This document shows positions 50,730-63,527 of a stretch of DNA of 64,000 nt, in pieces (positions within the stretch are counted from its first letter, which is position 1; each line of letters starts with the position of its first letter). The DNA lies in contig MU054187.1 of assembly GCA_013239625.1 (NCBI GenBank), forward strand, positions 14,790,974-14,854,973, in the 5' to 3' direction. The notes under the pieces were generated by a model. It was given only the letters and a program-made list of their open reading frames with translations, was not told where the DNA came from and did no database searches. Position numbers and translations under genes: made by a program. This DNA comes from Lama guanicoe (Eukaryota).

Positions 50730-51390
50730 CCAGCTGGGTCACCTAGGGAACTATACTGCACCTTTCTGAGTCTCAGTTTCTTCATTTATGAAACGGGTTG
50801 GGACAGATGGCCTTCAGGTGTAGAATTCTGTGGATACATTTACTGGGGGTCTGCTATGTGCCAGGCACCTCTGTGATATCTCATTAGAGCTTCTCGTTTA
50901 ATTCTCTGTGGCACTGGTGACGTCCTTGGTTTATTGATGAGGAAACGGAAGCCAGAGAAGTTGAACTACTTGTCCAAAGTCACTTAACAAATCAGTGTCA
51001 GAGCCAGGATTAGACCCGTTAGACCTGAGTCCATGTTCAGTGCTGTTTGCAGTCACCACAGCTCACCCCGCACCATTCTTCAGCCCTTGACCCGTCAAAT
51101 CATTACGTAAGTATGAGCAGTATTAGGATTTAAAGGTTAAGCTACGCACTGGTAGATTTAGAAAAAGAAGACTTGGCCACAAAAGGAAATTCTCTACATT
51201 CAACTTTCCCCCTAAAGTTACTGTCATCTCTTTCCTAATTGTGCGTTCTTGGGCAGGGGTTCATTTGGCTCACTGACCTGTATTTTAATACCTATAAAAT
51301 GGGCAGAATAATACTATCTCCTGGGTTTCAGAAAAGATTAGGTAATATCTATGGAAACACTTTGTAAATGGCAAAGTGCCAAACGTTAGT
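50730..51390. mobile_element. Cluster of MIR fragments (+ ~50730-50830, - ~50835-51050, + ~51260-51390)
   Basis: tctgagtctcagtttcttcatttatgaaacggg; gatgaggaaacggaagccagagaagttgaactacttgtccaaagtcac. Confidence 0.65.
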
Positions 51391-51779
51391 TCCTGTGGTG
51401 GACGTTGTGTTATCCTGGTTGCTAGGACTTTAAGAATAAAGAGGATGTAGTCTTGGTCTGTAAGATGCTTTTTCTTGAAGCTCTGGTGGGGGCGGCCAGG
51501 CTGCCTTTGACGCACGTGTTCTAGTTGCCGCAGGTCACACAGGTTCCCGTTTCTCCCTCCTCCCTGGGTTAATGTAACTCAAAGAGCAGACCGAGTTTCC
51601 TTAAGGGAGTATCTTCTTTCCTCCCGTGTAGAACTCCAGTCTCCTAGTGTAGATTTTCCTGACGGCAGCATTCATTTGTCAGTGACTGAAGCACAAGCAG
51701 AGAGGATGCTGGCTTGGGCTGCTTAGGGGAGGAGATGCCCCCTCCCCAAGGGGCCTGGCCCAGCGGAGATGAGGAGCCG

Positions 51780-52252
51780 GGGACCGTGACTAGCTTTGCC
51801 CAGATGTAAGGTGCGTGTAGAGGAGACTTGCCCCTTGTGCATTCATAACAACCGCCCTCCTTCCGTTGTCCAGAGAGCCTTCTTCAGTCTGAATGGAGCA
51901 GGTGACCGTCAAGCTCTGTTGCACCTGGGTGTGGCTGTGCCGCTAAGTTCTGTGATGTGAGCAGAAGTGACGCGTGCAACTTCCGGGTTGTGCCCTTAAA
52001 GGGACAAGGGCTTTCCTCAGTCCTCTCCCCTGGACTGTTGGCATCATGGCTGCAGCTGTAACAGTGAACTTGGACTATGAGATGGAAGCTGCCTGCTGAG
52101 AATGGGAGGACACCAAGATTTACAGAGCCAGTGTTCCCAACACCACAGGGACACCGTGATCAGTAATGGAGTAATGCTTGCACTTCCTGTGACACAAGGG
52201 AGAAACATGTGCCATCTTGTTTAAGCCTCTGTTATTTTGGCATTTGTTATAG
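51780..52252 (+). mobile_element. Old MLT1-type LTR
   Basis: gatgtgagcagaagtgacgcgtgcaacttccggg...tcttgtttaagcctctgttattttggcatttgttatagcag. Confidence 0.7.
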
Positions 52253-52264
52253 CAGTGGTCTCTT

Positions 52265-52384
52265 TGTGTGTGGGGGGGTGATTAGGTTCATTTATTTATT
52301 TTTAAGGGAGATACTGGGAATTGAACCCAGGACCTTGTGCATGCTAAGCAAGCACTCTACCGCTGAGCTACACCCTCCCCCCCA
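52265..52384 (-). mobile_element. tRNA-derived SINE (Vic-1-like)
   Basis: Minus strand gggagggtgtagctcagcggtagagtgcttgcttagcatgcacaaggtcctgggttcaattcccagtatctcc. TSD cag(t/c)ggt(c/t)tctt at 52253-52264 and 52385-52396. Confidence 0.9.
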
Positions 52385-52937
52385 CAGCGGTTTCTTAAGC
52401 AATCCCATGAGAAAGGATGGACACCTGCATACACTGTGGGAACCGTTTGATGAGGTAGCTTTTATTTAGTGGAATGAGCTCAGATGTTGATATTGAAAGA
52501 CTGTTTTGGCATTGCCACACAGTAATTGTTGGGTTATTAACCTCTCTGAGTCTGCTTCCTCATCTGTAAAATCATAATAATGACAGACACAGTGGTTTTA
52601 TTGAGCACATCACTTGGTCCTGGTGCCACACATTGTTTGGGTTAAGTGAAACAGGAGAGTCTTAAGTAAACATAATACAAACGTTAGTTATTTGTTACAT
52701 GAGCATTTGCTATATGTATATAAGCATTATTATTATTTGATTTTTTTCCCATACTGATTACTTATTTACTTCAACTGCTATTTGGCAGTGACCATTTCTG
52801 CGGCTTCAAATCCCCCAAAGGACCCAGTTTAAAACTGAGCACTTAATAGATGCTTAATGCATACGTGTTGAGGGCATGGCTTATTTCTAAGTGGGATACT
52901 TCTAGTCACAAGAATGACATTTTCTCTTGATCTAAAA

Positions 52938-53420
52938 CATTTTAATTATTAAATAAGTAACAAAGTGTACCATTGTAATAACTTATAAGGGGTACAATTC
53001 AATGGTGTTAAGTACATTCACACTGTGTAGTCGCTGTTACCTACTTCCAGAATTTTTCAGCATTCTAAATAGAAACCCATACCCACTAAACAATGACTCC
53101 TTACTTTCTCCCTCCTTCAAGCCCCTAGTAAACTGTTTCACTTTCTGTCTCCATGATATTGCCTATTCTTGGCACCCCAATAAGTGGAATTACATAGCAT
53201 TTGTCCCTTTGTGTCTGGCTTATTTCACTCAGTGTAGTATTTTCAAAGTTCATCCATGTTATAGCATGTGTCAGGATTTCATTCCTTTTTAAAGCCGAAT
53301 AGTGCTCTTCTGCACATATATAGCACAGTTTGTTTATCCGTTCATACACCGATGGACACTTGGGTGGCTTCCATCCCTTGGCTGTTGTCAGTAATGCTGC
53401 TGCGAACATGAGTGTACATG
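52938..53420 (-). mobile_element. L1 (L1MA/MB-like) 3' end
   Basis: ORF 53125-53409 (MFAAALLTTAKGWKPPKCPS...SEISQTQRDK) is an ORF2p C-terminus remnant, followed by the 3'UTR. Confidence 0.85.
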
Positions 53421-54527
53421 TCTTAATCTGATGTTAAAGCAACAGCTTTGACCTCACATCTGGAGTGGACACCTGTGTTTCTCTGTGCAGCACTGGGACC
53501 TGGCTCCTGTGTTTCTGTCGCAGGCATGCTTGGAATATTGGAAATGTCCCGTGGATGCCTAGACACAACGTCCAGCCCCTGGCATAGCTGTAAGAATGTG
53601 CTGCCATCTTCTCACTTTGCACGGAAGGACACTAAGGGACAGAGAGAACACAGGGAGGGTGACATTGGCGTGTATGGGCCCATCGTGGGTTTGCGCAAGT
53701 GAGTTTCTCCTTGCCCATTCCTGGATATGACATGTCTAAACAGATCTTGGCCAGCTGGATGAAGGGGGTGCCTCAGTTTGCTGAGGGGTCTGAGGTTGGC
53801 GACTTGGAGCTAGAGGTCATGCTTCTATACCCTGGTCCCGTACGTGCTGTGTGTTTGGCTGATAATCCTTTGGTTGTTGGCTCCCTGCTGCAGAAGCAGA
53901 AGCCGATGGCTCTGAAGCTGTGCTGCGGCAGAGGAGTGCCTGGGCAATGTGGCCATTCCTCCGACTTCTGAGAAATGCAAACAGGAGGACTCTAGGTCAT
54001 CCAACTCCAAAGACACAGCTCCCCAGACCTGCAGGTTTTATATGGGCTACCAGTGACTTTTAGAATCCGTGTCAACAGAGAAAGCGTTGCGCGGCCCTGG
54101 AGTCGCTCTGTTGATCCTGTGGTCTGTGTGAGATCAGATTCCAGGGTGTTGGGATTTTGAATGTCTCTAAGTCTCAGACAGAGTCAGATGAGGACAGTAC
54201 AGGCAGGTGTTCTTATATGTCCTTGGTTTTGGGATCTGTCCCTTTGGGTTTCAATCATTCAGTAAAAATGCAGCTCCTTGTATGTGTTGTGGTTTTAAAC
54301 TTATGGTGTTTACTGCTTGTTAGACTGTGTAAAAATCCTTAGAAGATACACCAAGAAAAATAAGGATGTTGGGCTGTTAGAAAAAAAAGGACTTAAATTT
54401 CATTTTTTGGTTGACTGTAGAAATACTAGAGTTTATGGAATAGTACACCTCCAAACCCAGCGCCTGGGCTCTGGTCCCCTTATTTGTTTTGCTTGCTGGG
54501 TTTCTAAGAAATTAACTAGTTCACTCT

Positions 54528-54752
54528 CTTCTTTTTTATTAAATTATAATTGATGTACAATATTGTATAAGTTACACACGTACAATATAGTGATTCACAA
54601 TTTTTAAAGGTTATGCTCCATTTATAGTTATTATAAAGTATCTTCTATATTCCCCACGTTGTACAATGTATACCTGTAGGTTATTTTATCCCTAATAGTT
54701 TGCACCTCTTAATCCCCTACCCCTGTATTGCCCCTCTCCACTTGCTTCTCTC
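54528..54752 (-). mobile_element. 5'-truncated L1 3'UTR (same subfamily as 2419-2718)
   Basis: gtacaatatagtgattcacaatttttaaaggttatgctccatttatagtta is nearly identical to 2507-2557. Confidence 0.8.
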
Positions 54753-55511
54753 ATGTTTCTCTTACTCTTTTAATTGAAAAAGAAATATATGCCTATTGCC
54801 TGAGCCTTGGAAACAGAGCTTGGAGAAAAGCTTAAGTGCTACTGGATAATTGGGAGGTTCAGTGACGAGGCGGCTACTGTGAGGGAAGGGGAATCACGGA
54901 GGTTGAGAGGAACAGGAAGCAGATAATAAGGTGATGTGTTAAGTGATGTGAAGGTGGCCGCTGCTTCACCACTGGATCTGGCCAGTTTCTCACCCCTGAG
55001 TGGTAGCTCTGGATAAGTTGTACAGAAACACCATGCCCTGGGGCAGTCCCTCGGGGGCTGAATGAGGAATAAATATATGTGTTGGCTCTCTCCCATCTTG
55101 GGTCCTCCCATCCAGTGAAGTTCACCCCACAGAAGAGTATTTCCCCTGCACTGCCAGGTTGCATTACCTGACTGCTTAGCAGCTGCTGAGAAGTCAGACC
55201 CCAGGGTGTGGTCCTTCATCTGAAGCAGTGGGAGGAGTCAGAGATGCTGGCCATTAAGTTCACCTGGTGGAACCAGTGTGTCACAGAGGCAGCAAATGAG
55301 AGGGACAAGCATCAGAGGGTAAGGACAGAGCTGAAGCTGGAGAGTCGAAGGCAGCCCCTAAGATGTGTCGATACAGCCATGGTAAACATTGAAGCAATAG
55401 CAAAGAATACACAATAAATAAGTTTCCTTTCCATTGCAGGCCTTCAAGTCACTGTCTGTAGTTTGCCACAACTTCCCTCACGTATCAAACTTTCATCTAT
55501 GTTTATATGAT

Positions 55512-55965
55512 TGTATCAGTTAGGATAAGCTTTGCTGCTTGTAGCAAAACCCCCAAATATATGCCTTAAACAAGATAAGAGATTTTTTTGTTCTCCATTG
55601 TACAGAAGTCAGAGGAAAGGCAGCTTCCTGGTTATCATTCTGTTCCATCACGGTAGCATGGCTTCTATCCTCAAAGTAGCTTTATGTTTTCAAAATAGAT
55701 ACTGGAGCTCTAGCCAGTACCAGGCCAAGAGAAAACAGAAAGGCCAAAAGGGTGTGCTCTCCTAGCTGAGTTCCCCTCATTTAGGCAGTTTTCTCCGAGG
55801 CTCTGCCTGACAATTTCCACTTATGTCTCATTGGCCATCCCTAGCTGCAAAGGAGGCTGGGAAGTAAGGCCTTATTGGCAGGTACTCTGCAGCCCGGAAT
55901 AAAATTGGGGTTCACTGAGTAAGGATGAGGGAAAGAATGAATACTGGGTAGGCAACTAGCAGCTT
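55512..55965 (-). mobile_element. Old MLT1-type LTR
   Basis: tgtatcagttaggataagctttgctgcttgtagcaaaacccc...tctcattggccatccctagctgcaaaggaggctgggaag...gggtaggcaactagcag. Confidence 0.7.
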
Positions 55966-55989
55966 CATTTTACATAGATTGAACACCAT

Positions 55990-56480
55990 GCTTGTAAAAG
56001 TTTCATGCATCTTGGATATTGCTCCAAAGTAAGGCATGGAAACTTACTTTATTAATTTGACTACCTGCACTGCATTCCATTGTGTGGAAATACTAACATT
56101 TACCTAACATGTCTTCTGTGGGTAGATATTTAAATTACTTTCAGTATTTTGGCTGTTACAAACAGTGCTACTGTTAACATCCTTATACATATGTATTCGC
56201 TCATTATTTGAGTATATGTCTCCAGAATACATTTACAAATGAGGAATGCCTGGGTTAAAAGGGTAACTGTATTTTATGTTTTACCATATATTGTCAAATA
56301 GCTTTCCAAAGTGTTACCATTAATTTCTATTCTACCCAACAGTGTATGAGTCCTTATTGCCATCCAGGTAAGTACTGTGAAAAAAATACAGGTAACACTG
56401 TGTACTATTAAAATACCTTTATGACTTGCCCCAGCTTGATAGGTAAAAATGGTACCCTGTCAATTTGAATTTTATTAATC
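55990..56480 (-). mobile_element. Old L1 (L1ME-like) 3' region
   Basis: cattccattgtgtggaaatac...ttttggctgttacaaacagtgct...tgtcaaatagctttccaaag. Confidence 0.65.
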
Positions 56481-56649
56481 GTGTCATTAACTTTTTGAGC
56501 AGTCATAGAAGTTGTCAGTTCTACTTATTTCCTGGCCCTAAACAAGTTTAGATCAAGGGGTATTTATATTACTCTTCAAGATTCAGAAACAAAGATTTAA
56601 ACTTTTAATTTGTAATCCATTCTAGTGGATGAAAATTTTTTAAACATTA

Positions 56650-58180
56650 AAAAAACATATTTATTGATATATAATTCACATACCATAAAATTCACCCTCT
56701 TAAAGTGCACAATTCAGTGGGTTTTAATATAGTCACAGAATTGTGCAACCATCACTATTATATCAGAATATTTTCTTCACCCTGAAAAGAAACTTGGGAC
56801 TCATTAGCAGTCACTCCTCATTCTCTCCGTCCCCACAGTCACTAAGCTACTTTCTGTTTCTGTGGCTCTGCCTGTTTGTCTATTCTGGACATTTCATATT
56901 CATGGAATCATGTAATACTTGGGGTTTTGTGACTGGATACTTTCACTCAGCATAATATTCTCAAAGCGTATCCCTGATGTAGTATGTATCAGTACTTCAT
57001 TCTTTATTCTATTTTTGGTAAAATATATATAACATAATATTTATCATTTTGATCATTTGTAAGTGTACAGTTAAGTGGCATTAAATACATTTATAATGTT
57101 GGTTACTCATCACCACTGTCTATACCCAGAGCTTTTTCATCATCCCCAATGTCAATTCTATGCCCATTAAACAGTAACTCCCCTTTCTGCCTCCTCCAGC
57201 CCCCAGTAACCTCTATGCTACTTTCTGTGTCTGTGAATTGCTCATTTTCGGTGCCCCATATGAGTGGAATCATGCAGTAGTTGTCCTTTTGTGTATAGCT
57301 TATTTCCCTAAGCATGATTTTTCAAGGCTCATCCGTTTTATAGCATATGTTAAAATTTGACTCCTTCCTATGGCTGAATTGTGTCCCATGTACGTACAGA
57401 ACACATTTTCTTTATCCATGAATCTGTTGACAGGCACTTAGATTATTTCCACTTTTCGGCTCTTGTGAATAATGCTGTCATGAACATGGTAAACAGATGT
57501 CTGTTGGAGTTCCTGCCTTCAGTTCTTTTGGGTATATACCCAGGAGTGGAACTGCTAGGTTATAAAGTAGTTCTGTGTTTAACTTTCTTAGAAAGTGCAG
57601 ACTGTTTCCCACAGGGGCCACACCGCTTTCCATTCCCTTCAGCAATGCACGAAGGTTCTGACTTCATATTCTCACCAACACTTGTCCGCTTTCTAAAAAA
57701 ACCTTTAGCCATCCTAGTGGGTGCAGGTGAGGTGTGCATTTGCCTAATAACTAATGACGGTGAGCATCTTTTCATGTGCTTATTGGTCACTTGTATGTCT
57801 TCTTTGGAGACGTGAGTTTTCAAATCTGTTGCTCATTTTAAAAATTGGTTTGTCCTTTTCTTGTTAGGTTGTAAGCATTCTTTATCTTTCTAGGTAGAAG
57901 TCACTTGCAAGATGTATGATTTGCAAATATTTTCTTCGTCCTGTGGTTGTTTCTCCACTTTCTAGATGGTGTCCTTGAAGCACAAAGTTTTTAATTTTGA
58001 TGACGTGCAAGTTTGTTGCTTGTGTTTTTGGTGTCATGTGTAAGAAACCATTGCTTAGTCCAAGATTATTAAAACTTATTTCCATGTTTTATTCTAAAAA
58101 TTGTCTAGTCTTAGCTTTTATTTTTAGGCTTTTAATTCATTTTGAGTTAATTTTTATATGTATGATGTGAAGTTGGAGTG
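56650..58180 (-). mobile_element. L1MB-like: short 3' end (~56650-57005) abutting a longer 3'/ORF2 fragment (~57010-58180)
   Basis: Two successive L1 3' termini. ORF2p-like peptides [22 protein letters not shown] and LGLSNGFLHMTPKTQAT. Confidence 0.85.
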
Positions 58181-58279
58181 AAATGCCTTTAAAACCATTT
58201 TTATAAAACAAGAAGTTTTTCATTACACTTACGTGTTATACAACCTCCCTCAGTTTTAGCCCATTTTCCTTCAGTACAT

Positions 58280-58970
58280 CTTCATTCACTCACCTACTCA
58301 ACAAGTATTTATTGAGCAATTGTTTTGTGCCAGGCTCCAGCATAGAAGAATGCAAAGGGGACTAAGGAATAGTCTATTTTCAATGAGCCAGCAGTGGAGA
58401 AGGAACACAAACAAGGCAATCCACAATTAGTGGATGCTACAGTGATAGAAGGGGCACTTAATCTATCCCGAGGAGGTCCAGGGAATGCTTCTCTGGAAAA
58501 ATAATGACTGACTTGAGCATCGAATGATGAAGTCAAGTTTGTTGGATGAAGAAGTGCAGTGGGAGAGAGATGACATTCCAGGTAGGGTGAAAGCAAATGT
58601 AAAGAAAGTCATGGCGCCCATGAGGAACTGTGGTGCACGTGCAGACGTGACCGTGAGGTTATTGTGTGATGTACCATACCGGAGGTCTCTATTATAGTTC
58701 TGGCAGCAAAGAACAAAGGTGAGTAGACCTTGCTCCTGGAGGCCTTTGCTATCACATAAGAAATTATCAGAGGCTCAACTAAATTAGAGGCGATGGAAAT
58801 GAAGCGAGAGGTAGATTCAAAGAATATTTCAGGAGGTTGAATTGATGGGAGTTGATGATGGATTAGATTTGGCCAGTGAAAAGAATGCGGTGCCTAGGAT
58901 TATAGCTTTGGGGACCTTCGGGGACAGGGGTGCAGTTAGTTCACTGAAATGATGAATTCAGTTAGGGACC
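58280..58970 (-). mobile_element. L2 3' region
   Basis: cattcactcacctactcaacaagtatttattgagcaattgttttgtgccaggctc. Confidence 0.75.
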
Positions 58971-60509
58971 TAAATATGGTCTGTAAATAACTACTACATT
59001 TTAAGTAAACTTGGACCAGGTTCAAAGCTTCCAGAAGGCGTCAAAGAAGCTGGTTGAAGTGTTCTACTCTTTCTGCAAAGCCTGATTCAGTTTCTTCCAT
59101 TTGAGTTCTTAAATGAGGAGTTTCTTGTACTCGTGCTGACACATTACTGGATTAAGCCCGTGTTCCTTTCCCTCCCTCCTTCTCTCCATCCTTTGTCTCC
59201 TTCCTTTTCCAATACTCTTGCAAATTTGTGTTAAACTAGCCCACTGCAGGCTGGGGCGGGTAGGGGTGGGGTGGGGGTGGGCAAAAACCCAGGACTTCCC
59301 AGCACTGCTCTTTTGCTGTCTGTGTCGTGGCCCCTCTGTATGTTGGAGGGCTCACCAGATCCCAGTGGATGTAAAGGAATTTGCTTTCCTGCTCGTTCCC
59401 TTGGTAAAAGCACTGTTTGAAACAAGCAGATGCTTCATAAGGAGGAAAAGCTGTTGTTAGAATAGGAAATGTGGATAATTGGCGTGCCTCCTTCATCTGC
59501 CAACGCTGCCCTGAAAACAAGCCTCCACGGAGCTCAGCTTTGCCTCCGTGCAGCTGTGGCTCCCAGCATGCAGAGTCTGTTCTTTGGGAATTAGAAACAC
59601 GTTGATCTGAGCTGTAAGAGCTGATGGCTAAAAACAGCCCAATTGCCTCTGTCGTCCGACAGTTCAGTCAGCGGGGCTGTCAGGGTGCCAGCCTTTTGCT
59701 TTGCTGTGACCTCGCTTTCCAACAGCCAGATAACGGGCACGTGTACCTCCTCAAGCTCAGGCAACCCAGGGGAGCGGAGAGTCAGCGCATGTCTGTCTGA
59801 GGCCAGGGAAGTGGAATTTAATTTTGTATTTCCTGTGGCCCCTAGCAGCGTTCTTCCAGGAGCAAAGGTAGTTCAAATCATTCACTCTCAGGTGAGCTCA
59901 CGGGGCTTGGAGCAGACCTGTGGGCCACTGCTGTCCCAGGATCTCTAGAGAGAGCTGACACAGGACTGCCTTCCCGTTGGTCTCTGGGGAGGGCAGGGGG
60001 GCAGCTGAAGACAGAGAGCCTGCCTCTCCCTGGGGCCTGGGACAGACACTGACATTGTATAGTTGCCCACGAGGCTGAAGTTCGAGAACTCTCGCCTACA
60101 GGACTCTCACCTGGAGCTCCTGAGGAAGTCAGAGGGAACACCCCTTCCCCCGAGCCTCAGGCAGGTGGTACTGATTTGCTGGTTTGCTCATCAAAGGCTC
60201 ACCTTCAACCCAGTGTTGGTTTGCTCGGGTGCCGGAGCTCACCGCAGCCTGACCGGTCAGCTTGCAGAGCTGGGGTAGGGGCACGGGACCCGAAATCCCC
60301 AACAGGAGAGTAAGAACCACAGCCACTGGACACAAAAAGCCAACGTGACTGGCGCAGGTGACTCCAAAGCAAAGCTCTTTCCGCAGACAAGGTAAGAAAG
60401 AACTTTAAACAAAAAAATCATGAAAATTCTTAAGGAGATGAAATGAGAGCTTTTGAAGTCTTTCTGGAACTAAAGAATTACGGTTTGTTTTGTTTTGTTT
60501 TTTAAAGAA

Positions 60510-60930
60510 ATTCAGTCAGTTGGTACGTTTGGAGCACTTACTACTGTTAAAACGACCTTACGCCGAGTGCTGCGAGGAATCCAGTGATGGCTGAGAGTGT
60601 CCCTTTGCTCAAGGCCTTTACGCTCTATTAAAGAAAAGACAGCTATACATAAACGAGATGGTGCAAAGCAGGGTGATGTAAGAGCTCATATGAGGGAGGA
60701 ATCCGGTGTCTTTGCACATAGAAGGAGCCGTTCATTCTCACCAGCAGATGTTTCACGAGGGAGCGCGCTTCCAGCCAGGCTGCGGGGTGAGGGGAGGGTC
60801 TCTGCTGGGGAGGCCGCGGGACCGATGGGGCGCGGGGTGGTGAGGCCAGAGCGATGTTGTGGAGATGAGGTTGGAAGGTGGTGAGCAGTCAAGTCAGGGC
60901 CTTGGCTGCCATGATACGAAATTTGAGGGC
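60510..60930 (-). mobile_element. L2 3' region, diverged
   Basis: ttcagtcagttggtacgtttggagcacttactactg...gtccctttgctcaaggcctttacgctcta...ggagatgaggttggaagg. Confidence 0.55.
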
Positions 60931-63527
60931 CATGGCGGTGGATGAACAGAGCAAAATTTAGCTACCCTGAGGGGTTCCGGAGCGGGAGAAGCCGTGGGAA
61001 GGACCCGGACTTCGGCCCCAGGCCCTCTCAGGTTTAAAGGCATGTGCCCCAGGAGGCATCTCGCTGGTGGCCCTCCTGTGCTGGTGTCGCTTATGTAAGA
61101 AAGAGAAATGTCCTAAGGAATAGGAGTAAGATACACGTGTGTTCGGCGTGTCAGCGTCTCTCGGTGTAGGTCTGCTGCCTGAGTCAACAACTCAGAGAAA
61201 GGCTTGGCTATGCTAGAGTCAGTTTATAGTTGAGGTACTTGGCTGCTGAAAGTGGCTTCTCTAAGTTGCCTGAGCCAGCAGGAATTCTAGTCCTGATTTG
61301 AGCCCAGAGCCCACATTCTTCCCCTTGAAATGCACTGCTCCATGGAGAGAGAAGCCAACACAGAGAGGGTTGTGTAACCAGTGCCTTCAAGGAGTTTACC
61401 ATCTGGCTTCTTTAACACAGGAAGTTGGCCTTTGAAAAGCCAAAGCTGCTGCAGGGCTGTGGTGCTAGTAAAATTAGAGGAAGAGCAGTCCCTGAGAGAG
61501 GCTATGGTCGTGGGGGGCTTCCTGGAGGAAGCAGACTTCCCCGTGGACTTGGCTGGAGAGAGGGAATTCCAGGCTGGTGGATGCTGGGACGTGCTGCCCA
61601 GAATGCTGTTCAGGAATGAGGGACTTCCTACCCCCCACTGTAGGAAGATGGCCCTCAGTTGTCACCCTTTGGGGATTGCCTCAGCTGAAGAGAACTATCT
61701 CATTCAAGGTCCCAGAAACTGCTAGAGGAAGTCCACGCCCGGTGACTGACCAAGGTCGGGTGATAGACGTGGTTCTCCTCCCCAGCTTGGGACAACTCGG
61801 AAGGTTATGTCAACCCTTGGTCTCTCCCCAAGGTCAGCTGAGGTCCTTCTCAGGGCTGCATCACAGCTGAGCCTCCGCTCTCCTGCTCCTCCTTCTCCTC
61901 TCGCCCTTCCCCGGGTGCTGACCCGGGAGCTCTCCCTAACAGACGTCTGCATGCTAATCCTCGTCTCTGTCGGCTTCTTGGAGAACCCCACCTGTCACCG
62001 TTGGGTTCACACAATGACTTGTTGCTTTGGGCTGCAGCTGAATCTGTCTGATTCAGACCATTCCTGGGGTGCTGTGTGGTGGGGGGGGCAAGAAAGCAAC
62101 ACAGAAGGTTGCTGGGTACCCAAGAGCCCTCCCCACAATGTGTTCTCTTATAGGACCTGTGGCCTGTCCCTGTCCCCTGCCTTCTACCTATTCCCTTAAC
62201 ATTCTTGTCTGGAAGGGACACATTCTCTAATGCCTGCTGGGACGGAGCTGAGTGTGTGTACATGTCTGTGTGTGGGTGGCGGTGGTGGTCAGGGTGGGAG
62301 GAGTTTTGGGAGAGGGGGCACCATCTTCTAAATGCTTTTGCAGCCGCTCTGTTATGTGGAGAGAGGAGCAGAGCATGGAATGGGAAGTTGGGAGGGACTG
62401 GCTGGGAATGAGGTCTAGCACTGAGTGGGAAGGAGAATCCAGCCTAGGAAGGATGCTTAAGTGGTCTCAATCTTTCTCACCTGTGCCCACTTTCGATGGC
62501 TATAAAAATAAAAATACTTGGCTCTAAAGGATCACTGATACGGAGAACAGAGAGCCCAGTGTCTGCACACCACCAGGGGAGTTCCATGGGGATTTATTTT
62601 CTGTAGTTTAGATGATGCAAGCAGCTTTATGCATACAAAATTATAAACTGTAATACTGAGATTCCCTGTCTTTGTGTAAGGCTGTGTCCAAGGGAACCTG
62701 GAAAATCTGGTCGGCCAGGGCTGTGGGTGCCCCTTTCATGCTGAGCAGCTCCTGGAACTCGGGGGCCCCAGGAACCCTCTTGCCCACCAATTACAGGAGG
62801 GTGCATGCCTGACAAGTTATCTCTGGGCTGCCTGGCTGGCCTGTGGCTATTCAAACACAGCGCTTAAGTTTCCAGTGAGTTTTCCGATGGGCTCTCTGCC
62901 CCTTCCCTGGCCGAGTTCTCATGGCCAAGTGCTGGCCAGTTGGCAAGCCAAGACCCAGCAGGGGGCTGGCTCCCACTGAGGGGTATACCCACCTTCAGAC
63001 ACTGAGAATCTTGTATTGGAAAGGGTCCTGTGAATGCGTGGGGGTGTGTTTCTTGTAGTTTTTAGAGCTGTGAAGAAGCTGGTATACATTGTTTTAATAA
63101 GGAGGTCATAGGCTCAGAGCAAAGTTTCAGACTTGGCTTTGTATCTCTGGCAAGTCCTAGCAGCGCGCTGGAAAAGGCGGACGGGGGCGGGGGCAGGGAG
63201 ACCAGTTTGGATGCTCCTGTGATGCATCTGACCAAGCAGTGGTCATGAGGAGGAGAGCTGGGAGGGCGGCAGGGGGACTGGGAAGGAGGGAATCACTTGA
63301 GACACCCTGGAGGCAGCTGTGTGGGAGGTAACAATGGCTCCAGCGGTGAGAAGGCCGGTTTCAGCCCTGGGGGAATGGTGGCTGATAATGCTGTGAAAAG
63401 ACACTGGAAGTCGGTTCTCATCAACCCTGTGAGACAGTCTTCAAAAACAGATCTGGTTTCAGATTCTAGCGCTGTTACTACTTGCTGTGTGGGTGCCATT
63501 TCATAGACAGGTCACCTCAAGGAGTCA

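Noticed and set aside
62955..62968. CTCF-like motif ccagcagggggctg
   Set aside because: A single imperfect motif match with no independent support.
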